64,000 bases of DNA from an uncultured Eubacteriales bacterium. Lineage in GTDB: Bacteria > Actinomycetota > Coriobacteriia > Anaerosomatales > JAAXUF01. The number at the start of each line of letters is the position of its first letter. Position 1 is the first letter of the stretch. Positions 52,958 through 62,000 of this stretch are shown here, one piece after another. Position numbers and translations under genes: made by a program. The stretch lies in contig CAZIPN010000003.1 of assembly GCA_964541225.1 (NCBI GenBank), positions 10,007-74,006 on the forward strand, written 5' to 3'. Below the pieces are notes generated by a model. The model was given only the letters and a program-made list of their open reading frames with translations. It made no database searches and was not told the DNA's origin.

Positions 52958-52987
52958 CTCTCTAGAGAGGATGACGCGATTATATCA
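52958..52987 (-). promoter_or_regulatory. Candidate extended -10 promoter plus 12-bp perfect palindrome (operator?) upstream of the cytochrome gene
   Basis: The minus strand reads TGaTATAAT (52979..52987). Nine nt further downstream is CTCTCTAGAGAG (52958..52969), which would cover roughly +3 to +15. The surrounding intergenic region is AT-richer than the rest of the window. Confidence 0.4.
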
Positions 52988-53042
52988 CCGAAATAGTCTC
53001 AATATGTCGCGCATTCATGGAGAACTAGAGTGTTTCAGTCGC

Positions 53043-53081
53043 AAAAAGCTTGCCCATACGCGAACGTGCCTGAGGGCAAGC
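53043..53081 (-). terminator. Rho-independent terminator after relA/MBL-hydrolase genes
   Basis: GCTTGCCC-N18-GGGCAAGC forms an 8-bp stem. It is followed directly on the minus strand by UUUUUG, and starts 19 nt after the stop at 53100. Confidence 0.6.
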
Positions 53082-53099
53082 CTTCGTGCGAACGCGACC

Positions 53100-53738
53100 C
53101 TACGCGCGAGGAAAGAACGGATTCAGCTGCCGCTCTCGACCGATCGTCGTGTCAGGGCCATGGCCCGGATGCACGATCGTGTCGGCAGGCAGCCCGACCA
53201 GCTTGCTCGAGATCGACGTCGACAGCGCCCTTCCGTCGCCTCCGGGCAGATCGGTGCGCCCTACGCTGCCCGCGAACAGCGTGTCGCCCGAGAACAGTCG
53301 CGGCGGTGCCCCCGTGGGTTCCTCGGCGAACAGACAGATGCTGCCAGGAGTATGGCCGGGCGTGTGCAAGACCGTGAGTCGGAGCTGACCCGCCTCAAGG
53401 TGGTCGCCATCGTGCAGGAGGTGATCCGGTTGAGGTGCCGTCTCGTCAAACCCGAACATCGCCCCGCCTGTTGCAACTGGATCGCCGAGATCGGCAGAGT
53501 CATCGGCATGCGCGTACAGGGGAGCATCGGTAGCAGCCTTCAACTCCCGCACCGCACCGATATGATCGAAGTGCTTGTGCGTCAGAACGATGGCCGCGAG
53601 GCGTCGCTCCCCTACTGCGTCGAGAATGGCCGAGGCGTCGGCGGCCGGGTCCAGCACCACGGCAGGCCCTCCCACATCGTCCCTGACGATCCAGCAGTTG
53701 GCCTCAAGCGGACCCAACACGAGGCGTTGTACGAACAT
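53100..53738 (-). CDS. MBL-fold metallo-hydrolase (GloB-like)
   Basis: LTHKHFDHIG (HxHxDH motif), HTPGHTPGS and DTLFAGSVGRTD. 1-nt overlap with the relA stop. Confidence 0.85.
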   Translation of the reverse strand: MFVQRLVLGPLEANCWIVRDDVGGPAVVLDPAADASAILDAVGERRLAAIVLTHKHFDHIGAVRELKAATDAPLYAHADDSADLGDPVATGGAMFGFDETAPQPDHLLHDGDHLEAGQLRLTVLHTPGHTPGSICLFAEEPTGAPPRLFSGDTLFAGSVGRTDLPGGDGRALSTSISSKLVGLPADTIVHPGHGPDTTIGRERQLNPFFPRA

Positions 53739-55954
53739 CAGGTTTCACTCCCGCGTTTCTGACCCGCCTCGCCGGGCATCATTCGGCGAGCCTCGAACAC
53801 ACCTTCAACCCCACGCATTTCGCGCAGTATGCCGTCGAGCCTCGACAGGTCCCCTAGCTCGAACAAGAAGCGCATGTCCACAAGACCGTCCCTGTGAGTT
53901 GTGGTGGAGGACGCCAGGATGTTCACTCCCTGTTCGGCAAGTGCAGATGTCACATCCTGCAGAAGACGCAGCCTGTCCATGGCTTCAACGAAGATCTCGA
54001 CCTGGAACGTGGTGTCCTTGCCGAGATCCCACTCCACGTCGATTATTCGCTCCGGTGAGGACAGCAGCTCACGCGCGTTTGGACAGTCCTTCCGGTGCAC
54101 CGAGACCCCGCGTCCGCGGGTCACAAACCCGATGATATGGTCACCCGGAACCGGATGGCAGCAGTTCGCCAACCTGATCAGCGCGTCGTCGAGTCCCTTG
54201 ACCTTGACACCCCCGGCGGCCCGCCGGCGTTTGCTGCGTGGGGCAAGCATGGGTTTGTCGAGCGTGAACTCCTCGTGAGCTGGCTCTGGCTCGACCCCCT
54301 CGCCCTCCTTGGCCATAAGCTTGAGCAGCTTCGTGCCAACATGTTTCGCCGAGACCTTGCCAGCACCTATCGCCGCGATTATGTCGTCGGCATGCGCGTA
54401 GTTCATCTCATGCGACACCGTGCCGATTGCCTTCTCGGCGGTCTTCGACCCAATGCCGAGACCGTGCTTGCGCATCACCTTCGACAGCTCATCACGACCG
54501 CGGACGAGGTCATCCTCACGAGTGACCTTGCTGAAGTAGCTGCGGATCTTGCTCTTCGCCGATGACGTTCGGACGATGTTGAGCCAGTCGCGCGAGGGAC
54601 TCGCGTTCTTGTTGGTGAGGATCTCTACGCGATCGCCCATCTGCAGTTCATAGCCGAGCGGGACGATGGCACCGTTGACCTTTGCGCCCACGCAGTGATT
54701 CCCGACCTCAGTGTGGATCGCGTAGGCAAAATCGATGGGCGTCGAGCCTCGCTTCAAGCTGATAACGTCGCCCTTCGGGGAGAAGACGAACACCTCCTCC
54801 TCGAACAGGTCGATCTTGAGCGCTTCCATGAACTCACGTGGATCCTTGAGTTCTGTCTGCCACTCCAGCATCTGGCGCAGCCATGCTAGGCGCTCATCGA
54901 AGCTGTCTTCGCCGCGAACGCCCTCTTTGTAGCGCCAGTGTGCCGCAACGCCGTACTCTGCCGTCCTGTGCATCTCCTCGCTGCGAATCTGGATCTCAAG
55001 CGGCGCGCCCGTTGGCCCTATGACCGTCGTGTGCAGTGACTGGTACATGTTGAACTTGGGCATCGCAACGTAGTCTTTAAACCGCCCGGGCACCGGCTTC
55101 CAGATTGAGTGCACAGTGCCCAACGCGCCGTAGCAATCCTTGACCGAATCCACCAGCACTCGCAGCGCAATGAGATCGTAGATCTCGTTGAAGTCTTTGC
55201 CTTTGCGCGTCATCTTCTGATAGACGCTGTACAAATGCTTGGGTCGGCCGGAGATTCGCGCCTGAATACCGACGGCAGCAAGCTCATCGGTGAGCTCGTC
55301 GATCACACGCTGCATGTATTCTTCGCGCGCCTGTCGGCTCTCGGCGACCATGCGCGACACCTGATGGAACTTGTGCGGCTCGAGGTAGTAGAAAGACAGA
55401 TCCTCGAGTTCCCACTTGATGCTGGAGATGCCGAGCCGATGCGCCAACGGCGCGTAGATCTCCATCGTCTCGCGAGCCTTGTCGATCCGTCGGTCCTCAG
55501 GCAGCGCCGCGAGCGTGCGCATGTTGTGCAGCCGGTCGGCGAGCTTGATGAGGATGACGCGGATGTCTTTCGCCATGGCGATGAGCATCTTGCGCAAGTT
55601 GTTGGATTGCGCCTCGGACAGCGATTCGAACTCGATCTGCCCGAGCTTGGTGACCCCATCGACAAGTTCGGTGACCTCATCACCAAAACGCTTGCGCACC
55701 TCGTCAAGCGTCACTCCGGAATCCTCAACAACGTCATGAAGCAGCGCAGCCTTGAGCGTCGGCGTGTCCATGTGGAGTTCAGCGAGAATGAGCGCGACCT
55801 CGATGGGATGATTGACGAACGCCTCGCCGCTCTTGCGAGTTTGCCCTGCGTGGGATTGGACCGCGAAATCGTACGCGTCATCCAGACCGGTCAGATCGGC
55901 GTCAGGGTTGTACGCGAGGACCTGCGCCTCGATCTGCTCAAGAGTCGCGGACAT
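53738..55954 (-). CDS. relA: Bifunctional (p)ppGpp synthetase/hydrolase (RelA/SpoT homolog)
   Basis: 738 aa with an HD domain (HPIEVALILAEL, LLHDVVEDS), synthetase domain (YRSLHTTV-type: MYQSLHTTVIGP), TGS and ACT domains. Confidence 0.95.
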   Translation of the reverse strand: MSATLEQIEAQVLAYNPDADLTGLDDAYDFAVQSHAGQTRKSGEAFVNHPIEVALILAELHMDTPTLKAALLHDVVEDSGVTLDEVRKRFGDEVTELVDGVTKLGQIEFESLSEAQSNNLRKMLIAMAKDIRVILIKLADRLHNMRTLAALPEDRRIDKARETMEIYAPLAHRLGISSIKWELEDLSFYYLEPHKFHQVSRMVAESRQAREEYMQRVIDELTDELAAVGIQARISGRPKHLYSVYQKMTRKGKDFNEIYDLIALRVLVDSVKDCYGALGTVHSIWKPVPGRFKDYVAMPKFNMYQSLHTTVIGPTGAPLEIQIRSEEMHRTAEYGVAAHWRYKEGVRGEDSFDERLAWLRQMLEWQTELKDPREFMEALKIDLFEEEVFVFSPKGDVISLKRGSTPIDFAYAIHTEVGNHCVGAKVNGAIVPLGYELQMGDRVEILTNKNASPSRDWLNIVRTSSAKSKIRSYFSKVTREDDLVRGRDELSKVMRKHGLGIGSKTAEKAIGTVSHEMNYAHADDIIAAIGAGKVSAKHVGTKLLKLMAKEGEGVEPEPAHEEFTLDKPMLAPRSKRRRAAGGVKVKGLDDALIRLANCCHPVPGDHIIGFVTRGRGVSVHRKDCPNARELLSSPERIIDVEWDLGKDTTFQVEIFVEAMDRLRLLQDVTSALAEQGVNILASSTTTHRDGLVDMRFLFELGDLSRLDGILREMRGVEGVFEARRMMPGEAGQKRGSET

Positions 55955-56008
55955 TGGTACCCTTCGGATGCAAGGTGGAGCTAGGGGCTAGGACAGCACA
56001 GGAAACCG

Positions 56009-58861
56009 TCATTCACACACAACAGTGTACGTGACGGTCGTGGCATACGTCCCAGGATCGAAGGCCCACGGCGGTGTCAACACGAAATCGAATCGATAGT
56101 CGTGCTCCCACACATGGCCATCGCCTGCCGAGGTGTCTAGCTTGTACGGCGCGACCGTGAACGGCTGTTCCGACTGCACTATCCACCCGCTTGTGCTGTA
56201 CGTGAGCGTGTCGACTGGCATCGTCGGGGTGACCGAGCCGGAATCGGTGTTCGTGAAGTCCTCGGCACTGCACCACAGGTCATAGGTCAAGTCGCCAACA
56301 CCGCCGACCAGAACCGTCGTCGCGCTCGCCACCGTCGACGACTCGCCAGGATTGATTGCCCCCATGTAGACGGTATCCGCGGACAAGGACATCCATAGCG
56401 CGGCGTCTGGCGTCGTACCAACAACGGTGACACTGTGTGCCGAGGTAAGACCCGCGTGGTTGTAGGCCACGATGTAGTACGAGTAGCTGGTTCCTGGCGT
56501 CAGGCTTGTGTCCGTGTATGCAAGCGCTGTGGTGGTTGTCACCAACGATCCATCGCGATACACCGCATAGTAGGAGACGCCAGACTGAGCATCAGTCGAT
56601 GGCGCCCACGAGACCTCTATGCTCGTGGTGCTCACTGCGCTCGCGCCAACCGACGTGGGAATCGACGGCGGTGTCGTGTCGAGCTGCAGGATGGCCGTTT
56701 GCGCTGTCTCGATGTGCCCGACATTGTCGACCGAGTAGAAATTGAGCGTGTGAGTGCCATCGACCCCTGGGGGGAACGGCGCAGTGTAGTTGGCCCACGG
56801 GCTGCCGTCGTATCGGTACCTCGTGTAGGCGACACCTGAGCCGGCATCCGTCGCGGTGATGCTTATGCTCGGCAGCGAACTCGTCCATCCGACCGGGATG
56901 TTGCATGTGCTGATGGGCGGGAAGCTCTCAATGAGGAACGGTCCTATGCTCGTAGCAGTTGGGTTCCAGTTGTCGCGCCCGTCGACCGCTCGGACGTTGA
57001 AGTACCAATGGCCATCGCCTGGCGCGGCGGACGTGCTGTTGGGTGTAGGGACGACACCAACGATCGAGATCTCGTCCCAGTCGACGTACTCCGTCCACCC
57101 CCGCACATTCGCTCCGAAGCGAACCATGTAGGCGCTGCTCAAGTTCGGCAGGGCGACGCTGTGCTGCGTCCAGTTCTGCGCAGGGGGTCTTCCCGATACG
57201 TAATACAGGTCGGTCCACGTTGCTCCACCGTCAGTCGAATAGCTCACCGACTCGAAGTTGGCGTTGCGATTGAATGCACTGTGACTGTCCCACCACGTCA
57301 GCGTCGCGGACTGGAAGGCGGACAGGTCATACGTCTTGTAGAAGTAGTCCTCTCGGTACGTGTTGCTGTTGGCCCACACCTCGGCGGCGTTTGGAGCAAG
57401 GTGATAGCGTCCTGCGGCGCCGGTGATGCGCAGGAAGCCGTCGTTCGAAGCCGGCTCCGTCCAGTCCGCCGGGAACGAGGCGCCGTCAAACGCCTGGTTC
57501 TCCTCGGTCACCGAAGCGGTGACGCCCGGTGTGTAGGTGACCGTGTCGGTGGCGGTGTCTGGCAGCCCCGGCGCGTCTCTCGTCCAGCTGAAGCTGTACC
57601 CGGCGAGGCCACTCCCGGCATCAGTGGAGACACTCCATGCCGCTGTCATGGTTGCAACGCCAGACCATACATTCGGTACATGAGTTGGCGACCACGCCCA
57701 TGGCTGAGTGGGAGGCGTCGTGTCAACGACCGTGATCGTCTGCGTTGCCACCGTTGTCGCACCGTCGTCGTCAGTCGCCGTCCAAGTGACCTCAGTGCTG
57801 CCAAACGGCAGCAGACTCCCGGCGACGGGGTTCCGCGTGAACGAGACGACCGTGCCGTCGCCGTCGGTGGCCTGCGCGTCCGTGGCGCCGCTGTAGCCTG
57901 TGTAGCCGGTGGTCGAGTTGGCTTCGAGAGTCTTCGTCGTGAAGTCCAAACTGATAGTGGGTGGCACGTTCACAACCGTGCCGTTGCGCACTTGCCATAT
58001 GTAGCGCCCGAGGACGCCACCCGAGTCCAAGGAGTTCTGAATGAGCGATGTCGAAGAACTAGAAGAATCGAGAAGGGCACTCGGGCCACCCATCGGTGCG
58101 AGGGAGCCGGCCAGTTCGTAGGACCCGTCGGCGCCCTGCGCAGTCGACCAGCCGACAACGGCACGACCAGGCTGCCCACCGGTCGCAGTCCCCGTGTCCC
58201 AATTGATGGTGTTGTAGTTGAACATGATGTCGAAGTTGCCGGCCCCCGTGTCCGAGCGGTCAACAAGCACCATCTGAAACGAGTTCGTGTTCGCTGACGC
58301 CCACCCGTTGTTGTACGACATCACGTCAATCCAGTTGACGATGAAGCAGTTGTGTCCCTCGAACGTTGGTGGAGTCGCCGTCCCGCTGTAGGTGAGCTGG
58401 CCAGAACCACCGTTGCTCGTATCCACATCGGCGAAGAAGGGCGCGATGATTGGCAGATACGGCCGCGGCCACGCGTAGTACCGCGTGGTGGTCAGGTCGT
58501 GCGACTGGTAGGTTTCCGGATAGTTCGAGTCGCAATATGGATCCACGAACGTACAGTTGCCGTTCATGTTGATGTAGATCTGGCTGTAGGGCGTCCCCAG
58601 CCAGTTCATTGCGAACGGCAGATTGACGACTAGGTTGTTCGAGTCATCTCCACGGGCGACCGTGTTGTCTGCGTAGTGTGTCGGCGTGATGATCGCATCC
58701 GCATCCGCGAACGCCGAAACCGGCGAGACAGCGCACCAGGTCAGAAGAACCAGGAACGCCAACAAGCCCACGAGTACCCGTCCTCGCGGGCTGGCGGCAG
58801 GCCTAGACGCTTGCACGCCCAGAACCGGCCCTTCTCTAATGCTGGCTCTGCGCTCCTTCAT
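56009..58861 (-). CDS. Secreted multidomain surface protein: NIDO-like + HYR-like + jelly-roll + Ig-like + FN3
   Basis: Signal peptide is LVGLLAFLVLLTWCAVSPVSAFA|DA. NIDO hallmarks are IYINMNGNCTF, LPIIAPFFADVDT, TNSFQMVL, NYNTINWDTG and GRYIWQVRNG. The HYR-like block is PPTISLDF...FGSTEVTWTATDDDGATTVATQTITVVD. FN3 is IEVSWAPSTDAQSGVSYYAVYRDG...YSYYIVAYN. The start is set at MKERRAS (58861, GGAGAA upstream). Confidence 0.7.
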   Translation of the reverse strand: MKERRASIREGPVLGVQASRPAASPRGRVLVGLLAFLVLLTWCAVSPVSAFADADAIITPTHYADNTVARGDDSNNLVVNLPFAMNWLGTPYSQIYINMNGNCTFVDPYCDSNYPETYQSHDLTTTRYYAWPRPYLPIIAPFFADVDTSNGGSGQLTYSGTATPPTFEGHNCFIVNWIDVMSYNNGWASANTNSFQMVLVDRSDTGAGNFDIMFNYNTINWDTGTATGGQPGRAVVGWSTAQGADGSYELAGSLAPMGGPSALLDSSSSSTSLIQNSLDSGGVLGRYIWQVRNGTVVNVPPTISLDFTTKTLEANSTTGYTGYSGATDAQATDGDGTVVSFTRNPVAGSLLPFGSTEVTWTATDDDGATTVATQTITVVDTTPPTQPWAWSPTHVPNVWSGVATMTAAWSVSTDAGSGLAGYSFSWTRDAPGLPDTATDTVTYTPGVTASVTEENQAFDGASFPADWTEPASNDGFLRITGAAGRYHLAPNAAEVWANSNTYREDYFYKTYDLSAFQSATLTWWDSHSAFNRNANFESVSYSTDGGATWTDLYYVSGRPPAQNWTQHSVALPNLSSAYMVRFGANVRGWTEYVDWDEISIVGVVPTPNSTSAAPGDGHWYFNVRAVDGRDNWNPTATSIGPFLIESFPPISTCNIPVGWTSSLPSISITATDAGSGVAYTRYRYDGSPWANYTAPFPPGVDGTHTLNFYSVDNVGHIETAQTAILQLDTTPPSIPTSVGASAVSTTSIEVSWAPSTDAQSGVSYYAVYRDGSLVTTTTALAYTDTSLTPGTSYSYYIVAYNHAGLTSAHSVTVVGTTPDAALWMSLSADTVYMGAINPGESSTVASATTVLVGGVGDLTYDLWCSAEDFTNTDSGSVTPTMPVDTLTYSTSGWIVQSEQPFTVAPYKLDTSAGDGHVWEHDYRFDFVLTPPWAFDPGTYATTVTYTVVCE

Positions 58862-59007
58862 GTGCGTTTCTCCGTCCGGCACAACGGCGTCACGTCGCGT
58901 GTTCGTGTCACCAAGCACCGGGGTCCGGCGGATAACGCTTGTCCACCTAAGAATCGGCCGAAATCGATACCTCCTGAAGGTCGGGGCGCTTCCCGTGCAC
59001 TTCAACA

Positions 59008-62000
59008 TCAGACGGCTGGGAGGATCGGGCGGTTGAATCGGGCAAGCAGCTCATCGGCCTCGGCTGACAGAACCCAAGCCTTGAACCCCCGGAACTCCGC
59101 TATCTCATCCTTGCCTTCAGCGTATCGAAGGCTCTCGTCGAGGTTCACTTTCTGTTCGCTGGGCGTAAACGAGAGTCTCCGGTAGGAGCCGTGCCCTTCT
59201 CCAGCGACGAATCCCAGGTCACGCAGTATGCCGAGTGCCGAAGAGACCCCTCTCTCGTCGAGTTGGCAACTCCGCCGAACTCGCTTGCAGCGCTCGGCGA
59301 GTTCGGCGTTTGTGATCTCGAACAGGCGCCCCTCAGCTGCTGCGACATCGCGCAGCACGACGTAGAGCGCCGCCATGTCGTCGCGCTCGGGCGCCAGCGA
59401 GGACAAGATCGACTCGTTGATGCGCGCGTCCTTCCCACCGAAAAGCAAATGAATTCGCGCGACCGCACCGTCTCGGCCAGCTCGGCCGGACATCTGATTG
59501 AACTCGACACTGCTAAACGGCATGTGAAAGAGCACGACGTTGCGAATGTCGGGGACATTGACGCCCTCGCCAAACGCGCTCGTCGCGATGATTACGCTGA
59601 TCTCGCCCGCACGAAAAGCCCTCTCCACCGCATGGCGCATCGACCGACCCATACCGCCGTTGTAAAACGCTGTACGCATCGCAAGGTGCGGAACATGCTT
59701 GCGAAGTCGCCGTGCGAGTCGAACGGTCTGTTCGCGGGAGTTCACATAGACAACCGTCTTCTCTCCACGCGAGACGATCTCCTCGACGTACGCTTCTCGG
59801 TTCGCGACATCTCTGCGATCCTCGACCACCAGATTCTCTCGCACGGTCGGATCGAGAACGACCGCCGATATCTTCAATGAGGATCGGATCGCCTGCGCCG
59901 CAGCATCGTCCGCAGTCGCCGTGACGGCGAGAACCGTCGGGTTGCCCAGGGGCTCGAGTGTCTCGCCCAGTCGAGCGTACGCGGGCCGGTTGCCTGCGCG
60001 CGACAATCCTACGTGATGCGCCTCATCGATCACGAGGAAACCGACTCTCCCAGACTCGGCAAAACGCCCCGCGTAGAGGTGCAAGAACTCTGGCGTCGTG
60101 AGCGCGACGTCTAGAGTACCGTCACGCAAGTCGGCAAATGCTTGATCGCGTTCCGCTTGGCTGGATTCGCCGGTAATCGTCCGAACGGTGAGGCCGACCT
60201 CGGCGAAATCCTCCTCAAGGTGGTGCGCCTGGTCCGACACGAGTGCTCGCAACGGGTACACGAAGACACTTGCCCGCGCATGACGCAGCGCGATGCGAGC
60301 CGCGTGAAGATGGAAGATCAGTGACTTGCCGCGCCCCGTAGCCATGACGGTCAGCGTGGACTCGCCAGCTGCAAGATGGGAAAGCGCTTGCGTCTGCGCG
60401 ACGTGGAGGCTCCGCTCACCAAGGAAGCAGCGCACGAGTTCGGCATCAAGCGCCGCAGCGTCTAGCGCTGCAAGTTCCGCCCGCCGTCTCGCCCGCACGG
60501 CAGCACGCTCATCTTGAGTGTCGGCGGTGTCTCGACGGGTGAGAAGAACGTTGACCCCCAAAGACTGCCCGTCCGCTCCTCCTGTGACCTCCGTGACCTC
60601 AACGTCGTAGCCAACACCAGCGTCGATGGTCGGAGCGAGTGCCGCCGCCAGACGACGGTTCAGAAAGCCAACTTGATCCCCTTGGGGATCAAAGAGGGCA
60701 CACGCGTTGGTGTCGAATTGGTTCTCTGGTTGCCGTTCGAGTCGAAGTGGCGTTCCTGCCGAGACACGCACAAGCACCTCTTGACGGCCTTCGAACGTCA
60801 CACCAGCGAGCTTGGTGTGAAATGATGGCGCGTCGCCGATACCTGCGTACTCTTCGCGCGCCAGGATTTCATCGGCACGCGAGAACAGATCTTCGATCAG
60901 GTCGTGAGCTGGCGCGTCTTCTGAGGGCTCGTGCGCCACCGCATCCTCAATCCGCATCTGCACACGCCTGCGTCCACGCCACTCATCGACCGAGACGGAA
61001 AATGCCAAGTCCACCGCCGCCTCGTGTCCAGCCATCCGATCAATCTCGGGACACCGAAACGCAATGGCTTGCACGCTGACCGCCCCATCAAAGGCGGTGA
61101 ACCTCAGGTGGTTCGCCAGCTTGCCGACGCGCTGTCGACCGTTCATGAAGACTCCGCCGACGGCAAGAACTGGTCGGCGATTGCCATGCCCGAACGGCTC
61201 CAGTTGGGAGAGTTCTGTCGCCATCTCCACGCCGATGTCCGAGAGATCAACAAGCGCATCGACGCTGCGCTCGACGCGGAACTGCTCGGCAGGTAGCGCA
61301 TCGAGATGCTTGAGAAGATGTTCGGTGAACCGGTCGAGGTTCTCGGCAGGTAGCGCACAACCGACGGCTGCGGCATGCCCGCCAAAACGCGTAAGTACAT
61401 CCGAGCAGGACTCAAGCGCCCGGAAGAGATCAACGCTGCCCACAGACCTCCCGCTGCCTGAGGCGACCCCGTCATCGATGGCAAAGAGCAGCACCGGAAC
61501 CTTGAACCGCGCTGCCAGCCGAGATGCCACAATGCCCTTCACACCCTCGTGCCAGCCTTCTCCGGCCAGAACCAGCGCGCGCTGGCCGGAGTAGATACGG
61601 TCAGCCATGGCAGAAGCCGCCTCGCTCAGGTCAGCTTCCGTGGCCTGTCGTGTGCGATTGAGTTCATCGAGCGACCTGGAGAGCGACTCGGCGAGGACCG
61701 GATCATCCGTGAGCAGCAAGTCCAACGCGACCTGAGGATCAGCCATGCGACCAGCGGCGTTCATCCGGGGCGCGAGCGCGAAAGCCACTGAGTCCGTGGT
61801 GAATGAGTCCAGAGCGGTACCGGCCACTGCCGCCAATGCGGCGATCGCCACTCTTGGTTGCATGCGCATGCGCGCCACCCCGTCGGCAACCAATGCGCGA
61901 TTCTCAGATGTCAGCGGGACTATGTCAGCGACGGTACCGAGCGTCGCCAGATCCGTTAGATCTCGCCACACCTCGGGAAAACCAAGCCGCTCGCCTACAG

